DNA of 38,021 nucleotides from a virus: UHGV virus genome UHGV-0070058; one strand, 5' to 3'. Shown piece by piece: positions 29,867 to 38,021 of this stretch (position 1 is its first letter; each line of letters starts with the position of its first letter). The notes under the pieces were generated by a model. It saw only the letters and a program-made list of their open reading frames with translations, ran no database searches and was not told where the DNA came from. The position numbers and the translations under genes were made by a program.

Positions 29867-30262
29867 ATGACGAAAGATGAGCTGATTGCCCGTCTCCGCT
29901 CGCTGGGTGAGCAACTGAACCGTGATGTCAGCCTGACGGGGACGAAAGAAGAACTGGCACTCCGTGTGGCAGAGCTGGAAGAGGAGCTTGATGACACGGA
30001 TGACGCTGCCGGTCAGGACACATCTGTCAACCCGGAAAATGCGCTGACCGGACATGAAAATGAGGTGGTATCAGCGCAGCCGGATACCGTGACTGATACG
30101 GCTGCTCTGGTCACGGTCGTGGCACTGGTGACGCTGCATACTGATGCACTTCACGCCACGCGGGATGAACCTGTGGCATTTGTGCTGCCGGGAACGGCGT
30201 TTCGTGTCTCTGCCGGTGTGGCAGCCGAAATGACAGAGCGCGGCCTGGCCAGAATGCAATAA
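29867..30262 (+). CDS. FI: DNA-packaging/head assembly protein FI
   Basis: ATG at 29867 with GGAGGAG Shine-Dalgarno; N- and C-terminal regions match lambda gpFI; the central linker differs. Confidence 0.9.
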   Translation: MTKDELIARLRSLGEQLNRDVSLTGTKEELALRVAELEEELDDTDDAAGQDTSVNPENALTGHENEVVSAQPDTVTDTAALVTVVALVTLHTDALHATRDEPVAFVLPGTAFRVSAGVAAEMTERGLARMQ

Positions 30263-30273
30263 CGGGAGGCGTT

Positions 30274-30627
30274 GTGGCTGATTTCGATAACCTGTTCGAT
30301 GCTGCCATTGTTCGCGCCGATGAAACGATACGCGGGTACATGGGAACGTCAGCCACCATGACATCCGGTGAGCAGTCCGGCGCAGTAATACGTGGTGTTT
30401 TTGATGACCCTGAAAATATCAGCTATGCCGGACAGGGCGTGCGCGTTGAAGGCTCCAGCCCGTCCCTGTTTGTCCGGACTGATGATGTGCGGCAGCTGCG
30501 GCGTGGAGACACGCTGACCATCGGTGAGGAAAACTTCTGGATAGACCGGGTTTCGCCGGATGATGGTGGAAGCTGTCATCTCTGGCTTGGGCGGGGCGTA
30601 CCGCCTGCCGTTAACCGTCGCCGCTGA
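30274..30627 (+). CDS. FII: Head-tail connector/head completion protein FII
   Basis: GTG start; 117 aa near-identical to lambda gpFII. Confidence 0.95.
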   Translation: MADFDNLFDAAIVRADETIRGYMGTSATMTSGEQSGAVIRGVFDDPENISYAGQGVRVEGSSPSLFVRTDDVRQLRRGDTLTIGEENFWIDRVSPDDGGSCHLWLGRGVPPAVNRRR

Positions 30628-30638
30628 AGGGGGGATGT

Positions 30639-31217
30639 ATGGCCATAAAAGGTCTTGAGCAGGCCATTGAAAACCTCAGCCGTATCAGCAGAACGGCGGT
30701 GCCTGGTGCCGCCGCAATGGCCATTAACCGCGTTGCTTCATCCGCGATATCGCAGTCGGCGTCACAGGTTGCCCGTGAGACAAAGGTACGCCGGAAACTG
30801 GTAAAGGAAAGGGCCAGGCTGAAAAGGGCCACGGTCAAAAATCCGCAGGCCAGAATCAAGGTTAACCGGGGGGATTTGCCCGTAATCAGGCTGGGTAACG
30901 CGCGGGTTGTCCTTTCGCGCCGCAGGCGTCGTAAAAAGGGGCAGCGTTCATCCCTGAAAGGTGGCGGCAGCGTGCTTGTGGTGGGTAACCGTCGTATTCC
31001 CGGCGCGTTTATTCAGCAACTGAAAAATGGCCGGTGGCATGTCATGCAGCGTGTGGCCGGGAAAAACCGTTACCCCATTGATGTGGTGAAAATCCCGATG
31101 GCGGTGCCGCTGACCACGGCGTTTAAACAAAATATTGAGCGGATACGGCGTGAACGTCTTCCGAAAGAGCTGGGCTATGCGCTGCAGCATCAACTGAGGA
31201 TGGTAATAAAGCGATGA
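30639..31217 (+). CDS. Z: Tail completion protein Z
   Basis: 192 aa near-identical to lambda gpZ. Confidence 0.95.
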   Translation: MAIKGLEQAIENLSRISRTAVPGAAAMAINRVASSAISQSASQVARETKVRRKLVKERARLKRATVKNPQARIKVNRGDLPVIRLGNARVVLSRRRRRKKGQRSSLKGGGSVLVVGNRRIPGAFIQQLKNGRWHVMQRVAGKNRYPIDVVKIPMAVPLTTAFKQNIERIRRERLPKELGYALQHQLRMVIKR

Positions 31218-31609
31218 AACATACTGAACTCCGTGCAGCCGTACTGGATGCACTGGAGAAGCATGACACCGGGGCGACGTTTTTTGATGGTCGCCCCGCT
31301 GTTTTTGATGAGGCGGATTTTCCGGCAGTTGCCGTTTATCTCACCGGCGCTGAATACACGGGCGAAGAGCTGGACAGCGATACCTGGCAGGCGGAGCTGC
31401 ATATCGAAGTTTTCCTGCCTGCTCAGGTGCCGGATTCAGAGCTGGATTCGTGGATGGAGTCCCGGATTTATCCGGTGATGAGCGATATCCCGGCACTGTC
31501 AGATTTGATCACCAGTATGGTGGCCAGTGGCTATGACTACCGGCGCGACGATGATGCGGGCCTGTGGAGTTCTGCCGATCTGACTTATGTCATTACCTAT
31601 GAAATGTGA
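31214..31609 (+). CDS. U: Tail terminator protein U
   Basis: 131 aa near-identical to lambda gpU. Confidence 0.95.
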   Translation: MKHTELRAAVLDALEKHDTGATFFDGRPAVFDEADFPAVAVYLTGAEYTGEELDSDTWQAELHIEVFLPAQVPDSELDSWMESRIYPVMSDIPALSDLITSMVASGYDYRRDDDAGLWSSADLTYVITYEM

Positions 31610-31616
31610 GGACGCT

Positions 31617-32357
31617 ATGCCTGTACCAAATCCTGTAATGCCGGTGAAAGGTGCCGGGACCACCCTGTGGGTTTATAAGGGGAGCGGTGACCCTTATGCG
31701 AATCCGCTTTCAGACGTTGACTGGTCGCGTCTGGCAAAAGTTAAAGACCTGACGCCCGGCGAACTGACCGCTGAGTCCTATGACGACAGCTATCTCGATG
31801 ATGAAGATGCAGACTGGACTGCGACCGGGCAGGGGCAGAAATCTGCCGGAGATACCAGCTTCACGCTGGCGTGGATGCCCGGAGAGCAGGGGCAGCAGGC
31901 GCTGCTGGCGTGGTTTAATGAAGGCGATACCCGTGCCTATAAAATCCGCTTCCCGAACGGCACGGTCGATGTGTTCCGTGGCTGGGTCAGCAGTATCGGT
32001 AAGGCGGTGACGGCGAAGGAAGTGATCACCCGCACGGTGAAAGTCACCAATGTGGGACGTCCGTCGATGGCAGAAGATCGCAGCACGGTAACAGCGGCAA
32101 CCGGCATGACCGTGACGCCTGCCAGCACCTCGGTGGTGAAAGGGCAGAGCACCACGCTGACCGTGGCCTTCCAGCCGGAGGGCGTAACCGACAAGAGCTT
32201 TCGTGCGGTGTCTGCGGATAAAACAAAAGCCACCGTGTCGGTCAGTGGTATGACCATCACCGTGAACGGCGTTGCTGCAGGCAAGGTCAACATTCCGGTT
32301 GTATCCGGTAATGGTGAGTTTGCTGCGGTTGCAGAAATTACCGTCACCGTCAGTTAA
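31617..32357 (+). CDS. V: Major tail tube protein V (with C-terminal Ig-like domain)
   Basis: ATG at 31617 ([22 protein letters not shown]...); near-identical to lambda gpV. Confidence 0.97.
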   Translation: MPVPNPVMPVKGAGTTLWVYKGSGDPYANPLSDVDWSRLAKVKDLTPGELTAESYDDSYLDDEDADWTATGQGQKSAGDTSFTLAWMPGEQGQQALLAWFNEGDTRAYKIRFPNGTVDVFRGWVSSIGKAVTAKEVITRTVKVTNVGRPSMAEDRSTVTAATGMTVTPASTSVVKGQSTTLTVAFQPEGVTDKSFRAVSADKTKATVSVSGMTITVNGVAAGKVNIPVVSGNGEFAAVAEITVTVS

Positions 32358-32372
32358 TCCGGAGAGTCAGCG

Positions 32373-32795
32373 ATGTTCCTGAAAACCGAATCATTTGAAC
32401 ATAACGGTGTGACCGTCACGCTTTCTGAACTGTCAGCCCTGCAGCGCATTGAGCATCTCGCCCTGATGAAACGGCAGGCAGAACAGGCGGAGTCAGACAG
32501 CAACCGGAAGTTTACTGTGGAAGACGCCATCAGAACCGGCGCGTTTCTGGTGGCGATGTCCCTGTGGCATAACCATCCGCAGAAGACGCAGATGCCGTCC
32601 ATGAATGAAGCCGTTAAACAAATTGAGCAGGAAGTGCTTACCACCTGGCCCACGGAGGCAATTTCTCATGCTGAAAACGTGGTGTACCGGCTGTCTGGTA
32701 TGTATGAGTTTGTGGTGAATAATGCCCCTGAACAGACAGAGGACGCCGGGCCCGCAGAGCCTGTTTCTGCGGGAAAGTGTTCGACGGTGAGCTGA
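32373..32795 (+). CDS. G: Tail assembly chaperone G
   Basis: 140 aa near-identical to lambda gpG; ends shortly after the slippery site. Confidence 0.95.
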   Translation: MFLKTESFEHNGVTVTLSELSALQRIEHLALMKRQAEQAESDSNRKFTVEDAIRTGAFLVAMSLWHNHPQKTQMPSMNEAVKQIEQEVLTTWPTEAISHAENVVYRLSGMYEFVVNNAPEQTEDAGPAEPVSAGKCSTVS

Positions 32796-33211
32796 GTTTT
32801 GCCCTGAAACTGGCGCGTGAGATGGGGCGACCCGACTGGCGTGCCATGCTTGCCGGGATGTCATCCACGGAGTATGCCGACTGGCACCGCTTTTACAGTA
32901 CCCATTATTTTCATGATGTTCTGCTGGATATGCACTTTTCCGGGCTGACGTACACCGTGCTCAGCCTGTTTTTCAGCGATCCGGATATGCATCCGCTGGA
33001 TTTCAGTCTGCTGAACCGGCGCGAGGCTGACGAAGAGCCTGAAGATGATGTGCTGATGCAGAAAGCGGCAGGGCTTGCCGGAGGTGTCCGCTTTGGCCCG
33101 GACGGGAATGAAGTTATCCCCGCTTCCCCGGATGTGGCGGACATGACGGAGGATGACGTAATGCTGATGACAGTATCAGAAGGGATCGCAGGAGGAGTCC
33201 GGTATGGCTGA
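32373..33211 (+). CDS. T: Tail assembly chaperone GT fusion made by -1 programmed ribosomal frameshift at GGGAAAG (32771-32777)
   Basis: Slippery heptamer G GGA AAG located in the G frame; the -1 frame downstream encodes the gpT domain (FDGELSFALKLAREMGRPDWRAML...) ending at 33211, as in lambda. Confidence 0.9.
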
Positions 33212-35765
33212 ACCGGTAGGCGATCTGGTCGTTGATTTGAGTCTGGATGCGGCCAGATTTGACGAGCAGATGGCCAGAGTCAGGCGTCATTTTTCCGGTA
33301 CGGAAAGTGATGCGAAAAAAACAGCGGCAGTCGTTGAACAGTCGCTGAGCCGACAGGCGCTGGCTGCACAGAAAGCGGGGATTTCCGTCGGGCAGTATAA
33401 AGCCGCCATGCGTATGCTGCCTGCACAGTTCACCGACGTGGCCACGCAGCTTGCAGGCGGGCAAAGTCCGTGGCTGATCCTGCTGCAACAGGGGGGGCAG
33501 GTGAAGGACTCCTTCGGCGGGATGATCCCCATGTTCAGGGGGCTTGCCGGTGCGATCACCCTGCCGATGGTGGGGGCCACCTCGCTGGCGGTGGCGACCG
33601 GTGCGCTGGCGTATGCCTGGTATCAGGGCAACTCAACCCTGTCCGATTTCAACAAAACGCTGGTCCTTTCCGGCAATCAGGCGGGACTGACGGCAGATCG
33701 TATGCTGGTCCTGTCCAGAGCCGGGCAGGCGGCAGGGCTGACGTTTAACCAGACCAGCGAGTCACTCAGCGCACTGGTTAAGGCGGGGGTAAGCGGTGAG
33801 GCTCAGATTGCGTCCATCAGCCAGAGTGTGGCGCGTTTCTCCTCTGCATCCGGCGTGGAGGTGGACAAGGTCGCTGAAGCCTTCGGGAAGCTGACCACAG
33901 ACCCGACGTCAGGGCTGACAGCGATGGCACGCCAGTTCCATAACGTGACGGCGGAGCAGATTGCGTATGTTGCTCAGTTGCAGCGTTCCGGCGATGAAGC
34001 CGGGGCATTGCAGGCGGCGAACGAGGCCGCGACGAAAGGGTTTGATGACCAGACCCGCCGCCTGAAAGAGAACATGGGTACGCTGGAGACCTGGGCAGAC
34101 AGGACTGCGCGGGCATTCAAATCCATGTGGGATGCGGTGCTGGATATTGGTCGTCCTGATACCGCTCAGGAGATGCTGATTAAGGCAGAGGCTGCGTTTA
34201 AGAAAGCGGACGACATCTGGAATCTGCGCAAGGATGATTATTTTGTTAACGATGAAGCGCGGGCGCGTTACTGGGATGATCGTGAAAAGGCCCGTCTTGC
34301 GCTTGAAGCCGCCAGAAAGAAGGCTGAACAGCAGAGTCAACAGGACAAAAATGCGCAGCAGCAGAGCGATACCGAAGCGTCACGGCTGAAATATACCGAA
34401 GAGGCGCAGAAGGCTTACGAACGGCTGCAGACGCCGCTGGAGAAATATACCGCCCGTCAGGAAGAACTGAACAAGGCACTGAAAGACGGGAAAATCCTGC
34501 AGGCGGATTACAACACGCTGATGGCGGCGGCGAAAAAGGATTATGAAGCGACGCTGAAAAAGCCGAAACAGTCCGGCGTGAAGGTGTCTGCGGGCGATCG
34601 TCAGGAAGACAGTGCTCATGCTGCCCTGCTGACGCTTCAGGCAGAACTCCGGACGCTGGAGAAGCATGCCGGAGCGAATGAGAAAATCAGCCAGCAGCGC
34701 CGGGATTTGTGGAAGGCAGAGAGTCAGTTCGCGGTACTGGAGGAGGCGGCGCAACGTCGCCAGCTGTCTGCACAGGAGAAATCCCTGCTGGCGCATAAAG
34801 ATGAGACGCTGGAGTACAAACGCCAGCTGGCTGCACTTGGCGACAAGGTTACGTATCAGGAGCGCCTGAACGCGCTGGCGCAGCAGGCGGATAAATTCGC
34901 ACAGCAGCAACGGGCAAAACGGGCCGCCATTGATGCGAAAAGCCGGGGGCTGACTGACCGGCAGGCAGAACGGGAAGCCACGGAACAGCGCCTGAAGGAA
35001 CAGTATGGCGATAATCCGCTGGCGCTGAATAACGTCATGTCAGAGCAGAAAAAGACCTGGGCGGCTGAAGACCAGCTTCGCGGGAACTGGATGGCAGGCC
35101 TGAAGTCCGGCTGGAGTGAGTGGGAAGAGAGCGCCACGGACAGTATGTCGCAGGTAAAAAGTGCAGCCACGCAGACCTTTGATGGTATTGCACAGAATAT
35201 GGCGGCGATGCTGACCGGCAGTGAGCAGAACTGGCGCAGCTTCACCCGTTCCGTGCTGTCCATGATGACAGAAATTCTGCTTAAGCAGGCAATGGTGGGG
35301 ATTGTCGGGAGTATCGGCAGCGCCATTGGCGGGGCTGTTGGTGGCGGCGCATCCGCGTCAGGCGGTACAGCCATTCAGGCCGCTGCGGCGAAATTCCATT
35401 TTGCAACCGGAGGATTTACGGGAACCGGCGGCAAATATGAGCCAGCGGGGATTGTTCACCGTGGTGAGTTTGTCTTCACGAAGGAGGCAACCAGCCGGAT
35501 TGGCGTGGGGAATCTCTACCGGCTGATGCGCGGCTATGCCACCGGTGGTTATGTCGGTGGCACCGGAAGTCCGGCGCAAATGCGGCGTTCAGAGGGTATC
35601 AGATTTGAGCAGAACAACAACGTGGTGATTCAGAACGACGGTACGAATGGTCTGCCAGGTCCACAGATGCTGAAGGCAGTGTATGACATGGCCCGCAAGG
35701 GTGCCCGTGATGAAATTCAGGCACAGATGCGCGATGGTGGTCTGTTCTCCGGAGGTGGACGATGA
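33204..35765 (+). CDS. H: Tail tape-measure protein H
   Basis: 853 aa near-identical to lambda gpH; long coiled-coil central region. Confidence 0.97.
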   Translation: MAEPVGDLVVDLSLDAARFDEQMARVRRHFSGTESDAKKTAAVVEQSLSRQALAAQKAGISVGQYKAAMRMLPAQFTDVATQLAGGQSPWLILLQQGGQVKDSFGGMIPMFRGLAGAITLPMVGATSLAVATGALAYAWYQGNSTLSDFNKTLVLSGNQAGLTADRMLVLSRAGQAAGLTFNQTSESLSALVKAGVSGEAQIASISQSVARFSSASGVEVDKVAEAFGKLTTDPTSGLTAMARQFHNVTAEQIAYVAQLQRSGDEAGALQAANEAATKGFDDQTRRLKENMGTLETWADRTARAFKSMWDAVLDIGRPDTAQEMLIKAEAAFKKADDIWNLRKDDYFVNDEARARYWDDREKARLALEAARKKAEQQSQQDKNAQQQSDTEASRLKYTEEAQKAYERLQTPLEKYTARQEELNKALKDGKILQADYNTLMAAAKKDYEATLKKPKQSGVKVSAGDRQEDSAHAALLTLQAELRTLEKHAGANEKISQQRRDLWKAESQFAVLEEAAQRRQLSAQEKSLLAHKDETLEYKRQLAALGDKVTYQERLNALAQQADKFAQQQRAKRAAIDAKSRGLTDRQAEREATEQRLKEQYGDNPLALNNVMSEQKKTWAAEDQLRGNWMAGLKSGWSEWEESATDSMSQVKSAATQTFDGIAQNMAAMLTGSEQNWRSFTRSVLSMMTEILLKQAMVGIVGSIGSAIGGAVGGGASASGGTAIQAAAAKFHFATGGFTGTGGKYEPAGIVHRGEFVFTKEATSRIGVGNLYRLMRGYATGGYVGGTGSPAQMRRSEGIRFEQNNNVVIQNDGTNGLPGPQMLKAVYDMARKGARDEIQAQMRDGGLFSGGGR

Positions 35766-36091
35766 AGACCTTCCGCTGGAAAGTGAAACCCGGTATGGAT
35801 GTGGCTTCGGCCCCTTCTGTAAGAAAGGTGCGCTTTGGTGATGGCTGTTCCCAGCGAGCGCCTGCCGGGCTGAATGCCAACCTGAAAACGTACAGCGTGA
35901 CGCTTTCTGTTCCCCGTTGGGAGGCCACGGCGCTGGAGTCGTTTCTGGAAGAGCACGGGGGCTGGAAAGCCTTTCTGTGGACGCCGCCTTATGAGTGGCG
36001 GCAGATAAAGGTGACCTGCGCAAAATGGTCGTCGCGGGTCAGTATGCTGCGTGTTGAGTTCAGCGCAGAGTTTGAACAGGTGGTGAACTGA
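35762..36091 (+). CDS. M: Tail tip protein M
   Basis: 109 aa near-identical to lambda gpM. Confidence 0.95.
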   Translation: MKTFRWKVKPGMDVASAPSVRKVRFGDGCSQRAPAGLNANLKTYSVTLSVPRWEATALESFLEEHGGWKAFLWTPPYEWRQIKVTCAKWSSRVSMLRVEFSAEFEQVVN

Positions 36092-36789
36092 TGCAGGATA
36101 TCCGGCAGGAAACACTGAATGAATGCACCCGTGCGGAGCAGTCGGCCAGCGTGGTGCTCTGGGAAATCGACCTGACAGAGGTCGGTGGAGAACGTTATTT
36201 TTTCTGCAATGAGCAGAATGAAAAAGGTGAGCCGGTCACCTGGCAGGGGCGACAGTATCAGGCGTATCCCATTCAGGGGACGGGATTTGAACTGAACGGC
36301 AAGGGCAGTGCTGCCCGTCCGACACTGACGGTTTCTAACCTGCACGGCATGGTCACCGGTATGGCGGAAGACCTGCAGAGTCTGGTCGGCGGAACGGTGG
36401 TCCGGCGTAAGGTTTACGCCCGTTTTCTGGATGCGGTGAACTTCGTCAACGGAAACAGTGACGCCGATCCGGAGCAGGAGGTGATCAGCCGCTGGCGCAT
36501 CGAGCAGTGCAGCGAACTGAGCGCGGTGAGTGCCTCCTTTGTACTGTCCACGCCGACGGAAACGGATGGCGCTGTTTTTCCGGGACGTATCATGCTGGCC
36601 AACACCTGCACCTGGACCTATCGCGGTGACGAGTGCGGTTATAGCGGTCCGGCTGTCGCGGATGAATATGACCAGCCGACGTCCGATATCACGAAGGATA
36701 AATGCAGCAAATGCCTGAGTGGCTGTAAGTTTCGCAATAACGTCGGCAACTTTGGCGGCTTCCTTTCCATTAACAAACTTTCGCAGTAA
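36091..36789 (+). CDS. L: Tail tip protein L
   Basis: 232 aa near-identical to lambda gpL; C-terminal Cys cluster. Confidence 0.95.
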   Translation: MQDIRQETLNECTRAEQSASVVLWEIDLTEVGGERYFFCNEQNEKGEPVTWQGRQYQAYPIQGTGFELNGKGSAARPTLTVSNLHGMVTGMAEDLQSLVGGTVVRRKVYARFLDAVNFVNGNSDADPEQEVISRWRIEQCSELSAVSASFVLSTPTETDGAVFPGRIMLANTCTWTYRGDECGYSGPAVADEYDQPTSDITKDKCSKCLSGCKFRNNVGNFGGFLSINKLSQ

Positions 36790-36794
36790 ATCCC

Positions 36795-37538
36795 ATGACA
36801 CAGACAGAATCAGCGATTCTGGCGCACGCCCGGCGATGTGCGCCAGCGGAGTCGTGCGGCTTCGTGGTAAGCACGCCGGAGGGGGAAAGATATTTCCCCT
36901 GCGTGAATATCTCCGGTGAGCCGGAGGCGTATTTCCGTATGTCGCCGGAAGACTGGCTGCAGGCAGAAATGCAGGGTGAGATTGTGGCGCTGGTCCACAG
37001 CCACCCCGGTGGTCTGCCCTGGCTGAGTGAGGCCGACCGGCGGCTGCAGGTGCAGAGTGATTTGCCGTGGTGGCTGGTCTGCCGGGGGACGATTCATAAG
37101 TTCCGCTGTGTGCCGCATCTCACCGGGCGGCGCTTTGAGCACGGGGCGACGGACTGTTACACGCTGTTCCGGGATGCTTATCATCTGGCGGGGATTGAGA
37201 TGCCGGATTTTCATCGCGGGGATGACTGGTGGCGTAACGGTCAGAATCTCTATCTTGACAATATGGAGGCGACTGGTTTTTACCGTGTCGCACTGACAGA
37301 GGCGCAGCCGGGCGATGTGCTGCTGTGCTGCTTTGGTTCATCGGTGCCGAATCATGCCGCTATTTACTGCGGTGACGGCGAGCTGCTGCACCATATTCCT
37401 GAACAACTGAGCAAACGAGAGAGGTATATCGACAAATGGCAGCGACGCACACACTCCCTCTGGCGTCACCGGGCATGGCGCGCATCTGCCTTTACGGGGA
37501 TTTACAACGATTTGGCCGCCGCATCGACCTTCGTGTGA
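36795..37538 (+). CDS. K: Tail tip assembly protein K (JAB/MPN + NlpC/P60-like)
   Basis: 247 aa matching lambda gpK (HSHPGG JAMM-like motif). Confidence 0.95.
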   Translation: MTQTESAILAHARRCAPAESCGFVVSTPEGERYFPCVNISGEPEAYFRMSPEDWLQAEMQGEIVALVHSHPGGLPWLSEADRRLQVQSDLPWWLVCRGTIHKFRCVPHLTGRRFEHGATDCYTLFRDAYHLAGIEMPDFHRGDDWWRNGQNLYLDNMEATGFYRVALTEAQPGDVLLCCFGSSVPNHAAIYCGDGELLHHIPEQLSKRERYIDKWQRRTHSLWRHRAWRASAFTGIYNDLAAASTFV

Positions 37539-38021
37539 AAACGGGGGCTGAAGCCATCCGGGCACTGGCCACACAGCTCCCGGCGTTTCGTCAGAAACTG
37601 TGCGACGGCTGGTATCAGGTACGGATTGCCGGGCGGGACGTCAGCACGTCCGGGTTAACGGCGCAGTTACATGAGACTCTGCCTGATGGCGCTGTGATTC
37701 ATATTGTTCCCAGAGTCGCCGGGGCCAAGTCAGGTGGCGTATTCCAGATTGTCCTGGGGGCTGCCGCCATTGCCGGATCATTCTTTACCGCCGGAGCCAC
37801 CCTTGCAGCATGGGGGGCAGCCATTGGGGCCGGTGGTATGACCGGCATCCTGTTTTCTCTCGGTGCCAGTATGGTGCTCGGTGGTGTGGCGCAGATGCTG
37901 GCACCGAAAGCCAGAACTCCCCGTACACAGACAACGGATAACGGTAAGCAGAACACCTATTTCTCCTCACTGGATAACATGGTTGCCCAGGGCAATGTTC
38001 TGCCTGTTCTGTACGGGGAAA
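37436..38021 (+). CDS. I: Tail tip assembly protein I (3'-truncated at the window end)
   Basis: ATG at 37436 in a frame overlapping the K 3' end; manual translation MAATHTLPLASPGMARICLYGDLQRFGRRIDLRVKTGAEA... matches lambda gpI; no stop before the window end. Confidence 0.85.
   Translation, partial: MAATHTLPLASPGMARICLYGDLQRFGRRIDLRVKTGAEAIRALATQLPAFRQKLCDGWYQVRIAGRDVSTSGLTAQLHETLPDGAVIHIVPRVAGAKSGGVFQIVLGAAAIAGSFFTAGATLAAWGAAIGAGGMTGILFSLGASMVLGGVAQMLAPKARTPRTQTTDNGKQNTYFSSLDNMVAQGNVLPVLYGE

Overview
The window is the left ~38 kb of a lambdoid (lambda-like) prophage integrated at the 3' end of a tRNA-Arg gene, most likely in an Escherichia/Shigella-type genome. Gene order is canonical: attL/tRNA fragment, int, xis, an accessory hotspot (TraR/DksA-like zinc finger, orphan Dam-family methyltransferase), Red recombination (exo, bet, gam), an immunity region (CI-like HTH+S24 repressor, Cro, YdaT-like protein in the cII slot), replication (O with internal iterons, P), the nin region (ybcN, ninE, ybcO, rusA, ylcG), antiterminator Q, a lysis cassette (holin, SAR endolysin, Rz/Rz1), Rha, cos, and a packaging/head/tail module (nu1 through I) whose proteins I recognise as near-identical to phage lambda. 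All calls rest on reading the supplied ORF translations and the raw sequence from memory of known proteins; no search was run. Three cargo blocks sit between the modules: (1) a single AT-rich 287-aa ORF with one hydrophobic segment in the rexAB slot downstream of the repressor, which is the strongest candidate for an undescribed lysogen-expressed phage-exclusion factor; (2) a 1303-aa inverse-autotransporter adhesin with a near-perfect 357-bp tandem duplication, convergent with a lipoprotein esterase, between P and nin; (3) a Blc-like lipocalin, a DUF523/DUF1722 protein and a frameshifted AppY-like AraC regulator between Q and the lysis genes. No N-like antiterminator ORF was found, and ybcO carries an in-frame amber codon.
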